A program made the translations under genes and the position numbers. Below, piece by piece: positions 13,020-24,640 of a DNA stretch of 53,956 bases. The DNA is from Octopus bimaculoides (taxonomy: Eukaryota). Below the pieces are notes generated by a model that saw only the letters and a program-made list of their open reading frames with translations, had not been told where the DNA came from and made no database searches. Position 1 is the first letter of the stretch. Every line of letters starts with the position of its first letter. Location: NCBI RefSeq assembly GCF_001194135.2, contig NC_068982.1, positions 15,016,338 through 15,070,293 on the forward strand. The letters run 5' to 3'.

Positions 13020-13319
13020 GCACTCTGTTGGTTACGATGATGAGGGTCCTAGCTGATATGATCAACGGAACCGCTTGTTCATGAAATTAACATGCGAGTG
13101 GCTGAGCACTCCACAGACACTGGGGGATTCAGAGTGACACAGAGTGCAGCAACAAGGCTTGCCCTTTGAAATACTGGTACTACTCATTTTTGCCAGCTGA
13201 GTGGATTGGAACAACATGAAATGAAGTGTCTTGCTCAAGGACACAATGCATCACCGGGAATTGATCTCGTGACCTTACGATCGTGAGCCGAGTGCCCTAA
13301 TCACTAAGCCACATGACTT

Positions 13320-13322
<3 letters not shown>
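13020..13322 (-). mobile_element. tRNA-derived CORE SINE (different body; related to 36488-36755 on +)
   Basis: Minus-strand head gtggcttagtgattagggcac...tgtgtccttgagcaagacactt. The body matches 36600-36755 in opposite orientation. Confidence 0.7.
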
Positions 13323-13359
<37 letters not shown>

Positions 13360-13904
13360 GTGATAGATATCCATAGAGGAGAGAGGGAGAGAGAGGAAGA
13401 ATTTTTTTAGATGCTTGTTCATCTCTTTAACATACCGAATCTTATTTCCCATTGTTCTTTTGTTGTTTCTTAACCTCTTTAAATGACTAGCACTACAACG
13501 ATTGCATGGTTGTTAAATGCTTACACTGTAACATAAACAGATAATTGTCAACTTCCAAGTAATTCCTTAATTACCAAGACAAAAAAAAACGTTTTGAAAG
13601 ATAACAATGAGACAGAGACACAGATAAATTTGTAATGCTGCGAAATAATTTGATATTCGTTTTGTTACTGTCTTTATATATTTGTGTTCAGTTCTCCTGG
13701 ATTTTTGTGAGTGTAGTGTATGTGTGTTTTATCTTTTGTCGTTTTTCTTTCTTGTTCTATCACCTCTGTCTTCCTGATAGTTTTTAAGTCAATCGAATTA
13801 CTTTCTGTGTTTGAACCTAATGTCTGTCAAATGATGGAGTTGTCATCTTCATAACACTACTTGAATTATAGATGGCATTCATTTTTTTTTTTCTGCTTGT
13901 GTGT

Positions 13905-14560
13905 AAGAAATTTGCTTCTTAACCATGTAGTTCTGGACTCAATTCCACTGCATGGCACCTTGGGCAAGTGTCTTCTACTAAAGCCCCAGGCTGACCAAAG
14001 CCTTGTGAGTGGATTTTGTAGACGGAAACTGAAAGAAGCCCTTCACATACACATGCATATATATGTATCATCATCATCATTTAATGTCCATTTTCAATGC
14101 TGGCATGGGTTGGACAGTTTGACTGAGGTTCAGAGAGCCAGCGGCTGCACCAGGCTCCAATCTGATCTGGCAGAGTTTCTACAGCTGGATGCCCTTCCTA
14201 ACACCAACCACTCCGAGAGTGTAGTGGGTGCCTTTTATGTGCCACCGGCACAGGAGCCAGTCAGGGGTTACTGGCATTGACCATATTCGGATGATGCTTT
14301 TTACGTGCCACTGGCACACAAACCAGTCAGGCAATCCTGGCATCGACCACATATGTATATATCTGTGTGTTTATCCCCACTACTATTTGACAACCAGTAC
14401 TGGTTTGTTTATGTCCTTGTAACCTATTGGTTCAGCAAAAGAGACCAATAAAATAAGTACAGGCTTTAAAATAAATATTAAAGTTGATTTGTTCAACTAA
14501 ACCCTTCAATGTGGTGTCCCAGCATGGTCACAGTCCAGTGACTGAAGCAAGTAAAAGATA
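13905..14560 (+). mobile_element. SINE family A interrupted by a minus-strand family B SINE (about 14068-14345)
   Basis: A family A head (to ~14041) and tail (from ~14375) flank a tcatcatcattt-starting reverse family B copy. Confidence 0.7.
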
Positions 14561-14923
14561 TTTATCATAATCATTATTTTTGATAGAAAAAGTCAAAGAA
14601 TGCCTGATGAGACTACAGGAGATGTGGGTTCATGTCCCATTGGCAACCTTTGACTTTTTCCTATCCAAAAATTTTGCAACTCAGTATTTGCATGCCGTTT
14701 TCTTATAGCTGTGTGTTATGAGCTTTGAAAACCATTATTCCACAAAACAGTTATTATATCACCACCATCTGTTACATTATGGAAACCCTACACAATCAAG
14801 GAAACCCTACACAAAATCATGAATTGCTATTTCTACCAAGGACAAATGTCCACTCTAAGTTCTACCCATGACCAATAGCCACCCCTTAAGAATAAGTCTA
14901 TCCATCTATGCCATACTTACCAC

Positions 14924-15339
14924 CTGTGCTGGATAAACCATTAAGCAAAATAAGCTTGTGATCAAGACACCAAGGGAAGTGGGGGCAGCCCAGAAATGGT
15001 ACATGGTTTATGGCACAAAAGAAATCATTTAAAACTTGCTAAAATAATATTCAAAGTAGTTTATATGATTGGAAATATAATTTTGAAGTATTCATGGTGT
15101 CATAGTGAGGATCTGATCAAAGGCTTTGCAATAAAAAAAGGGTAGGAGAAGACTTTTCAAATATAAATGAAGTGGAAGTATTCAAAAATAACCTTCATTT
15201 CCCATCTTACTGTTAGTTTTGTTTCATTTCGAAAAATAATTTATTTTATGTTTTATTATTATTCATATTTTGATTTACATATGGGGGCACCAAAATCTTG
15301 TAAGTGCTTAGGGCCTCTATGGGTTTTAATCCAGCCCTG
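14924..15339. mobile_element. hAT-type MITE with 8-bp TSD
   Basis: Ends ctgtgctggataaacc and ggttttaatccagccctg (degenerate CAGGGCTGGATTAA TIR). Flanks cttaccac (14916-14923) and cttgccac (15340-15347) are 7/8 identical. Confidence 0.7.
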
Positions 15340-16124
15340 CTTGCCACTTTCACCCATCATCTGTTAACAAATACTTCTCATTTGTCCTGTTAGTTCACTT
15401 TCCAATTTGCCTCCAGTTTACAACCAAATACTCTGTACTGTAAAGTCAAGGTGGAATGATTTGTTTATTTTATTTTCAACTTCTCATGACAAGCAGGGTC
15501 TGTATTGCATTGTCCTACTTAGCAATTAACCATCGCTGCTTTTTAATTTAACTGTCTGTTCACCTTTTTTAAGCTCCTCCGTCATTGTCAGTAATGATTT
15601 CTTGCACAGAATTCATAACCCTTTGATTTATTGCACTGGTTTAAAAGTGTCATTATTGATCATACATTGAAATGTCTGTTTTTAAGCATAGCCTGTTAGT
15701 TATGTGATATATTCATGTTCTTCTTACCCTTCCTTTTCACTATCAATTTATAGTTACTTGCAAATGACGGTTTTTTGTTTCTTTTCTATCTCTGAAGGAA
15801 AAAAGTCAGTTTTTTGTGGTTTTTTTCATTTATCTTCTAAACCAAAAAAGAAAAAAATGAGAGAGAAACAAGTTACATTCACTCTGTTTATAATTTAAAT
15901 AATTATTTTGGTATATCGAGATAACGAGTAACAAGAATGAGAGCAGTCACAGCTCTGTGACTAAGAAGTTTGCCTTCTAACCCCATGGTTTGAGGTTTGA
16001 TCCCACTGTACTACACTTGCACCTACTGCACTGTACTTGCACCTTGAGCAAGTATCTTTTACTATAGTTTCAAGTTGACTAATGCCTTGTGAGTGGAATT
16101 TCGTAGATGGAAACTATGTGGAAG

Positions 16125-16345
16125 GCGGCGAGCTGGCAGAAACGTTAGCACGCTGAGCAAAATGCTTAGCAGTATTTCATCTGCTGCTACGTTCTGAGTT
16201 CAAATTCCGCCGAGGTCGACTTTGTCTTTCATCTTTTCGTGGTCGATTAAATAAGTGCACTGGGGTCGATATAATCGACTTAACCTGTTTGTCTGTCCTT
16301 GTTTGTCCCCTCTGTGTGTAGCCCCTTGTGGGCAGTAAAGAAATA
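16125..16345 (+). mobile_element. tRNA-derived SINE family C inserted in a family A SINE, with 16-bp TSD
   Basis: gcggcgagctggcagaaacgttagc...gagttcaaattccgcc head. ggaaactatgtggaag is duplicated at 16109-16124 and 16346-16361. Confidence 0.85.
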
Positions 16346-16421
16346 GGAAACTATGTGGAAGCTTGTTACACACATACATATACATGTGTGTGTATACTTG
16401 TGTGTGTCTTTCTCTGATGTA

Positions 16422-16928
16422 CAGTAATACCTCACTTTACAAGGACCCACTTTAGGAGATCCTGGGTTTACAAGTTGTATTTTTCAAGCACAAGATCCAA
16501 ATTCTGAATGAAGTGCTAAGGTTTCTACTACCATAACAAATGCTTCTGCATGTTACCAAGAAATTTATTGAGAGCGAAAAAAACGCTTCTTCTAAGCAAA
16601 CAACTCTAGACTTGTTTTTTTTTAAAAAGAAATCTACAAGACCATCTACACGTGCTTGTGAATTGGTGATCACGTCTTCAAGTGAGGGTGTGTACAAGTC
16701 TAGTCCGAGTGAAAATGATGCAGAAAATGAATGTAATAATTATTTTTTTTATTATAAATGATCTTCACATTCTTTTTACTTTAAATAAAATATTCTTTAC
16801 ATTCTACTGTTGTTATAGGTAAAATATTTTTCTGGGAATGAATTACAATTTATAACATTGCTACCATGGGAAATTATTGTTCTGCTTTATGAGCGGTCTC
16901 CAGGAACAAATTTACTCATATATTGGAG
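16422..16928 (+). mobile_element. pogo/Tigger-like non-autonomous DNA transposon relic
   Basis: TA|CAGTAATACCTCACTTTAC left end and an internal frame KQTTLDLFF (PIP box typical of pogo transposase C-termini). The right end is degenerate. Confidence 0.55.
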
Positions 16929-17585
16929 AAAGATGTAAATACTAATGAGAAAGTTAAAAAAATAAAAAAAACAATGCCATAATTTCAAATATAAATACCT
17001 TGTGTGGTGTTTGTTCCACCCAAATTGTATGTAACAATCCCTTGTTACTCTCATTATCAGAAATGCAAGAACTGATGATTGTTCCCTTTGGGAACCTCTA
17101 AACAATATGACCATTGTTCACCAAATGCAATATGAAATGAAGTAAAGACATCATAATTTCTTTGTTATTTGTAACATTACCCAAAGCCTCACAATATGCT
17201 GATGTATAATAAACTTCTTGACTTATAGTCTGCTTGTTGATAATTAAAACTGATGATAGAACATTGTAATCTTAAGAACAACAATTATTTTACACGGTTA
17301 AGAAATGTACTTGCCAATCATGTGATTCTAGCTTCAGTTCCAGTACATGGTCCTTGGGCAAGTGTCTTCTACTATTTTCCCAGACTGACCAAAGAATTGT
17401 GATTGGTTTAGTCAATGGAAACTGAAAGAAGCCCAAAGTATGTGTCTGGGCATGTGGATTTTTACATTCTGTGTCTTCATGAAACCAGTTGAGTAAAAGT
17501 AGTGGCATTATATTGACACACCCAGTAACCAAATCGTCTCATAGTTCTGTGAATTCAAAGACGTTGTAAGGTTTTGTGGCATATG

Positions 17586-17630
<45 letters not shown>

Positions 17631-17956
17631 CAGGCTTCCATTGAATAGTTTGGAGAGGTTGTAGTAGAAGTCACTTAGCCAAACTGATGCACAACTGAAA
17701 TAGAACTTGAAACTACAGGGTTACAAAAGAAACTATCTATTCACACAGCTATGCCTGCCACTATGTTTAATAATAACACTATATCTTACATTTCAAACCA
17801 TAAAAATGTCCTTTTGAAGTTGTTGCATTTTAGATTTCAGATTTTGACTCTTTCATATATATTCAACCTGTTTAATTCTTCTTTTTTTCCGATTGACATT
17901 AAAGTGATTGTCAGAAAATTTTCAACTTTAAGCACTTAACTTTCCTTTTTATTCAG

Positions 17957-18070
17957 GTTGGAATAATAACAACATTTGCAATCCTGGTACATGAAATCCC
18001 TCATGAAGTTGGGGATTTTGCCATATTACTGCGTTCTGGTTTTGACAGGTGGAAAGCTGCAAAAGCACAG
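17957..18070 (+). CDS. SLC39A13: ZIP13 exon with the LIV-1 TM5 metal motif, phase 0-0
   Basis: attcag acceptor and cag|gtgagt donor. Translates VGIITTFAILVHEIPHEVGDFAILLRSGFDRWKAAKAQ, with the HEIPHE motif and FDRW-AAK-Q typical of ZIP13. Confidence 0.96.
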
Positions 18071-18121
18071 GTGAGTACGGGAATACAATATCGTTCAAAA
18101 ATCATTTATCACCAAATACCA

Positions 18122-18450
18122 TCCTCATCATCATTTAACATCCATTTTTGATGCTGCCATGGGTTAGACAGTTTGACAGTTCAACAGGAGAGCTACACCA
18201 GACTCCATTTGTCTGTTTTAGCATGGGTTCTATAGCTGGATGCCCTTCCTAATGCCAACCACTTTACAGAGCATACTGGGTGCTTTTTATGTGGTACCAG
18301 CAGGGTCACCAAATATCCTGCAAGACAAAGACCGCTCACCTGAGAGAGGGAGTGGAACCAAGGGAAGTGGCTATGAGCCATGTGAGAGGTTAGAGTCTAA
18401 TAGAGGAACAGAGATAGAGGGAGTACTTGGCTACCCCAGGGGGACATCAA
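18122..18450 (-). mobile_element. SINE family B copy
   Basis: Begins (cat)n-ttaacatcc on + and contains gctggatgcccttcctaatgccaacc. Confidence 0.7.
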
Positions 18451-18563
18451 AAGATTGAGAGACAGAGTATATTTTCCTTTTAGATTTTTAAATAAAGGAC
18501 CTATTTAAGTAAGGGACTAATTTACCTTCTTTTCCTGTTTCAATTTAGTTCCTATGTTGTAGC

Positions 18564-19235
18564 TTTTATCTTTACTCATTTACTCGCTTCACTCATTGGA
18601 CTACAGCCATGCTGGAGCACCACCTTGGAGGGTTTAGTTGAACAAATCAGTCCCAGTATTCGTGTATAGTTTTTCAAAAGTTTGACGCTTATTCTATTGG
18701 TTTCTTTTGCTGAACCATTAAGTTATGGGGATGTAAACAAAATAACACCAGATGTCAAATGGTGAGGGGGGACAAACACATATATAACACATATGATGGG
18801 CTTCTACACAGTTTCCATCTACCAAATTCAATCACAAATCATTTGTTGGTCCAGAGCTGCAGTGGAAGACACTTGCCTAAGGTGTCATGAAGTGGAACGG
18901 AACCTGGATCCATGAATAATTCATAATTAAACATAAGAGTGACTGTGTGATAAAAAGTCTGCTTTCTAACCACATGATGCTAGGTTCAGTCTCACTGCTT
19001 GGCACCTTAGGCAATTGTTTTCTGCTTTAGCCTCAGGTTGACCAGTGTTTTATGAATGGATTTTGTAGGCAGAAACTTAAAGAAGCCCCTCATGAATATA
19101 CGTGTGTGTTTGCCCGCATCACTGCTTGATTACTGGTGTTGGTGTGTTTACGTCCCCATAAACTTAGTGGTTCAGCAAAAGAAACTGATAGAGTAAATAC
19201 CAGACTTAAAATAAAATTAAGTACTGGGGTAGGTT
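18564..19235. mobile_element. Head-to-head pair of family A SINEs (minus 18564-18914, plus 18931-19235)
   Basis: Both carry the family A head, linker and tail in opposite orientation. Confidence 0.75.
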
Positions 19236-21773
19236 TGATGGAAAGAGAAATATAATGTTTGAAGCAGTGTCCATCACCACCATCATCATCATCATGTAAC
19301 ATTCATCTTCCATGCTGGCATGGGTTGGATCCAATGGATATAATGTCAGCATCATGCTTCAATGTCTGCTTTGGCATAGTTTCTATAACTGGAGGCCCTT
19401 ATTGATGCCAACTACTTAAAAAAAATTTTACTGGAAGAATTTTTATTGTAGCACAAGCACTGGTGTAATTGCCATGCAGCCTGCAACACTGAAGCTAGGT
19501 AAAGGTAAAGTTACCTTCTCAAGTCATGCTGGCCCATAAGGGCTAATTTCCCGGTTTCCATGACATATAAATTACACACCTGAACGAGATGCCAGTCTGT
19601 CGCAGTATTACTCATTTTTGCCAGCTGAGGGGACTGGAGCAAAATGAAATGAAGTGTTGTGCTCAAGAACGCAACACATCACCCGGTTCAGGAATCGAAA
19701 CCACAATCTTATGATCATGAGTCCAACACCCTGACCACTAAGCCACAAGCCTCCACCCTGCAACACTAAGATCCCCTTCAGTTGGGAATTTCAAAATGGA
19801 GTCCTAGTGCTATTTAGCCTCATGTCAACCTTTTCTTTAAGACAGAAAGATATGATATGAGGGAAATTTGGCTATTTCTTGCAAATCAGAGGCTTTGTCA
19901 TTGGCTTGGAGATGCCTTTGTTTGTAGGCCTGCCAGATCAGAACTGACCTGTGGTTAAACAATAATCACGACAAATAGCAGTTGAATCATCTTCCAAATA
20001 GAAACAGAAAGTATTTGATATTTGCTGATGGAAAACTAAAGAAATGAGAGAAGCCTTCTTTAAAATGGTTTCATATAACAATAATTGAATAACAACAAAA
20101 ACTTCACAGACCAAGACAAAATATAAATGTTGATCATTCATGTGTATAAGTAACTTAAGAATCATGTGTTATTACAGTTTTAACTATTGTGTTATCAGAC
20201 TATGATTATGCTATATCTGAATTTGCCTTCTACTTTTCAAGGTTCATTTCTAAGGACTGAATTTTACATGGCTGTACTTTCTAAAGTAAGATAACATTGA
20301 AATAGTAAGATAACATTTCATTAATGGGGAGGAAAGATATCATTAGATCAATTTTGCATGGGTTTCAAAATTTTTACAGACCTTGCTTTATTTTTAATAC
20401 TTTTTTTTTATTTATCATATCCTTTTCATTTTATTTAATTTTACATCTTCAGAAATGTTTTTGACAAGAAAATACTTCACTTCTGATTCTTATGCATCAT
20501 TTTTACTTTGGGGATAATGTTATACGTTTCTTCATTGTTTTTCTACCTATGTCAAATTTTCTGCACTGTATATATAAATAATGCACATCTCTTGGTTTTT
20601 ATGGTGGATTTGTGCAAACTGAAATTACAATAAATCTGAGAGAATATTATCGTACTAGCACTGATTTTCTCGTTTTTGGTGGGGTGGAGGAGATGTTCTA
20701 ACAAGCTGAGCTTTTCCATTTGAAATTATTTTAATATGTTACTTTTTATTTCCAGAGAAATTGACTTTGTTGACATTTGAAACTTTATTACTTAATTTTG
20801 AAAATATTTAAGAAAATCTGAAAGAATAATTATAACTTGATCGTTAGTTTAGAGCATGGTTTGTCTCACTATCAAAGAAATGAAATAAAAGTAACGAGCA
20901 AGGAAAATGAAAAACTAAACAGAAACAACAAAATGGTGTTTCTGTATTTGTAAAGTCCATAAGAAAAGAAAATTTGACCCAAACCAATACTTGCTCATGT
21001 GAAACCATGCAAATTGAGTACCATGTAAGCCAATGGACAATATACTGTTGCTCAAATAATTGATGTCATTTGAAGTTGTCTCTCATGCTTGCTAAAATAA
21101 TTATTAGTCATTGGTCACTGATGAAAACATCCCAATAAACTTTTTATAGATATAGGTTGACAGAAATGGTAAACATCAAGCTGCATGTCTTTCCAGCAAA
21201 GGGTTCCTTCTGAAATATTAGACTTCCCTTCTTTTCCACAGCTTAAAACTAAATTTTTTATTCTCTGTTTGAACTATTTGTATTAATATTTACTGATGCA
21301 CTGCATCAATAGTTTCTTAGATTCTAATGTTTTACTATATCTTTCGATGCGTAGCCCCTCTATTTTCTGGATTTAAGTCCTGCTGTGTGTTGACTTTATC
21401 TTTCATCACTCTGAAGGATATTGAATGTGTTTTATCTCTGACCTCCTGAGTTTCCAGACAAATTGTTACAAGTTTTCTGCCTCTTTTTGTCTGAATGATT
21501 GTAGATACTGGTAACGTTGGCTTTTGAATGTATTTGTGGTTAGTCCCATCTAATTCTTCATGGCACCATAGATATATTGTGATTTTTGGAGAGGCACAAA
21601 ATTGACTGCTGGTGTGAGGGCTGGCTAAGTGCATGTTTTCAGTGTTGTTTTATTTGGGAAGCGATTATCCAGATCAATTCAGTTGATTATATCTGGTCAC
21701 TATAAATCCATAGCCAAAGGGAGAAATCATTGTTACTCGTTTCTAATAATTATTTATTTATTTTTATTTTTAG

Positions 21774-21843
21774 ATCTTAACAGCCTCAGGTGGACTTCTG
21801 GGTACTATAACAGCATTGAGTGCTGATTCCATTGAAGAAGCAG
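21774..21843 (+). CDS. SLC39A13: ZIP13 exon (TM6), phase 0-1
   Basis: tttttag acceptor and g|gtaggt donor. Translates ILTASGGLLGTITALSADSIEEA(G). Confidence 0.92.
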
Positions 21844-22330
21844 GTAGGTTTACATGAATGAATGAAATACAAATTTATGTTTTCAGTGGGAGAAACAAAA
21901 ACTTTTCAGTTTATAGTGATTTATTTTAATTCACAGGGCCGTTGTGGTTAGCCAGCATCTGAAACCGACTTAAGAGGGAACATGGTAACCACTAGGATAA
22001 TATATCCCTTTAAACTCATTTTATATATTTATATAAATGTGAATTTGGAGGGATATATTATCCGAGCGGATACCATGGTCACTCTCAGTTAAGTTCCAGT
22101 TCACATCTAGCCATAGCGATCAGAATTTAACATTTGTAACTACTATTAGTTGTCAGTCACTCTGTAAATTCCTCTGATAGGTAATTCTGTATTCGCTTCA
22201 CTGGGTGTAATATTGTCTGGAGTATATATTATTGATAATTTTATACAACATATGGTGTATAAAATTGTAAAATAAGAGAAAATATATTTTGAGGATGAAC
22301 AAGTTTCCATACTCTTTATAATTATTAAAA

Positions 22331-22554
22331 GAATAACCCCTCGTCATACTGTGATTCACCTATCGCAGTTTATTATTTAAGCTTGTGTTGATTCCTCTGT
22401 GGTGTTCCTTTGCATTTATAATAAAATAAATAAACAAATTTTTTTTTAAATAGTTTTTAAAATATACAGTACTGGACTGTTTCTACTTTGTGAATTTTCA
22501 CCTATCACGGTGGGGTTTTTTAACATTACACCCACGATAGTTGAAGGATTACTG
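22331..22554. mobile_element. Degenerate Tc1/mariner-type MITE
   Basis: Left aataacccctcg and right gaaggattactg resemble a CAGTAATCCCTCG TIR. tcacctatc(g/a)c occurs internally twice. Confidence 0.45.
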
Positions 22555-22580
22555 TGTATGTGTATGTATATATATATATT

Positions 22581-22703
22581 CAGGGTGTCCACAAGGTCTG
22601 GGTACATAGGTATATACAATCATAACATAAACAATTAAATATAAGAAATAATTTCTTAAAGTATGTGTTAATCCCCATGTACCCAGACTTTGAGGACACC
22701 CTG
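22581..22703. mobile_element. Tc1/mariner-type MITE, 123 bp
   Basis: TIRs cagggtgtccacaaggtctgggtacat and atgtacccagactttgaggacaccctg (2 mismatches in 27 bp). TA follows the right end and the left end abuts a (TA)n run. Confidence 0.85.
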
Positions 22704-23025
22704 TATATACCATTTACTAGTTATTCTTTTACTACGTTATTGATTTTTAGAATAAGGTGTTTATGATATATTTATTTTCAAGAGAGTATGAATTACATTC
22801 TTCATTATTGAATTATTTAGTAGTGGTTTTTCTCTAAATTATATACACACACACACATATATATAGCTTCTTCCAGCCAAATTACCCCCTTAAGACTTTG
22901 ATGATACTGAGGTTATAAATGAAAAAGCAAAGAATTAAAAAGATGTCACAATTTTAATGTAAATATGAGCAGTTTTCATTTCTGATTTTTTTTTGATTTT
23001 TTCTATCTTAATATATATATTTCAG

Positions 23026-23125
23026 GTATGAAAACAGCTTGGATTCTACCGTTTACCTCTGGAGGCTTTATTTATATTGCTCTTGTGTCCATTGTTCCAG
23101 AACTTGTTGAAGAAACAGAACCAAA
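23026..23125 (+). CDS. SLC39A13: ZIP13 exon (TM7), phase 1-2
   Basis: tttcag acceptor and aa|gtacgt donor. Translates (G)[32 protein letters not shown](K). Confidence 0.96.
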
Positions 23126-23184
23126 GTACGTATATACTTTTTTTATATTTTTAGTTCATTTTTTAATCTTTTATTATTTATCTT

Positions 23185-23386
23185 TTACCTGTTTCTGTCA
23201 TTAGACTGTGGTCTTGCTGGGGCACCGCTTTAAGGAATTTTAGTCAAATGAATCAACCCCAATATATATATATATATTTTTTGTTTTTAAGGCTGGTACT
23301 TTTTCTATCAGTCTCTGTTGCTGAACCGCTAGGTTATGGGGATGTAAATATACCAGTACCAATTGTCAAGTGGTGGTGGAGGGACA

Positions 23387-23440
<54 letters not shown>

Positions 23441-24640
23441 TATATACAACAGGCTTCTTTCAGTCTCCATCTACCGAATCCAGTCACATAGCTTTAGTCA
23501 ACCTGAGGCTGTAGTAGGAGACACTTGCCCAAGGTGCCATGCAGTGGGACTGAACCCAGAACCATGTGATGAGGAAGCAAATTTCTTATCAGAAAGCTAC
23601 TCCTGTACCTATTCTTTTACTTGTTTCAGTCATTTGACTGCGGCCATGCTGGAGCACTACCTCTAGTCAAACAAATCAACCCTAGGACTTATTCTTTGTA
23701 AGCCTAGTACTTATTCTATTAGTGACTTTTTCTGAACTGCTAAGTTACACAGAATGTAAACCCACTAACATCGGTTGTCAAGTGATGGTGGGGGGACAAA
23801 CAGACACACAAATATATACATACATATATATATAATGATATAAATAATATATAAATATATGCATATATCCATACATATATGTACATACCTACATCTATAT
23901 GTATACATACATGCATATATGGGTACAGGACATAAGAAAAAACGTTAAACACAATGAGAAATGGAAACATTAAAACAAAAACAGAAAACAAACTTTTTTT
24001 GAACAGCGAAAAAAACAAACAGAGAAACAAGACATGCAACATAAAGAGTATACCCCTTCGTCAGTTGTCCCTATTCCATCTACTCCGCGTTTTTGAAGGC
24101 AAGGACAATACGCGACTTCGTTGGAACAGTCCTTCCCGCAAAGCAAATTAAATAAAATTTGGAATTTTTTGCAGAGGGTGAAAGTGTTAACAAGAACAGG
24201 ACAGTGAGAACAAGACAGTAAAAACAAACGGTGAGAGCTGTTGAGCCAAGACGATAGAAAAATTATTATGAACGCAAGGTAGACTTGCATGAGAGAAGAG
24301 ACAGAAATACACACACACACAATGGGCTTCTTTCAGTTTTCATCTATTAAATCCACTCACAAGGCTTTGGTCAGCTCGAGGCTATAACAGAAGACACTTG
24401 CCCAAGGTGCCATGCAGTGGGACTGAACCCAGGACCATGTAATGAGAAAGCACTCTCCATCACCGTTTGACAACCAGTGTTGGTGTGTTTACGTCCCTGT
24501 AACTTAGCGGTTCGGCAAGGGAGACCAGTAGAATACGTACCAGGTTTAAAAAATGTACTGGGATCGTTTCATTCAACTAAGAATTCTTTAAGCCGGTGCC
24601 CAAGCATGGCCACAATCTAATGACTGAAACAAGTAAAAGG
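23185..24640. mobile_element. Cluster of family A SINEs with a nested ~500 bp dispersed repeat (about 23815-24310)
   Basis: Minus copies at 23185-23610 and 23615-24445 (the latter interrupted) plus a plus-strand tail at 24460-24640. The inserted repeat shares tatgtacatacctacatcta..gggtacagga with ~12725-12780. Confidence 0.65.

Noticed and set aside
13250-13322. tRNA-like heads (also 3715-3790, 19680-19755, 34380-34452) as tRNA genes
   Set aside because: They are degenerate SINE heads fused to CORE/body sequence and give no complete cloverleaf.
21117-21180. CUGAUGA...GAAA spacing (similar case at 26573-26615)
   Set aside because: No convincing stem II, no palindromic stem III and no stem I.
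24050-24110. CUGACGA and AAAACGCG on the minus strand of the 23815-24310 repeat as a hammerhead
   Set aside because: The order and stems do not give a consistent type I, II or III fold, and the GAAA is not intact.
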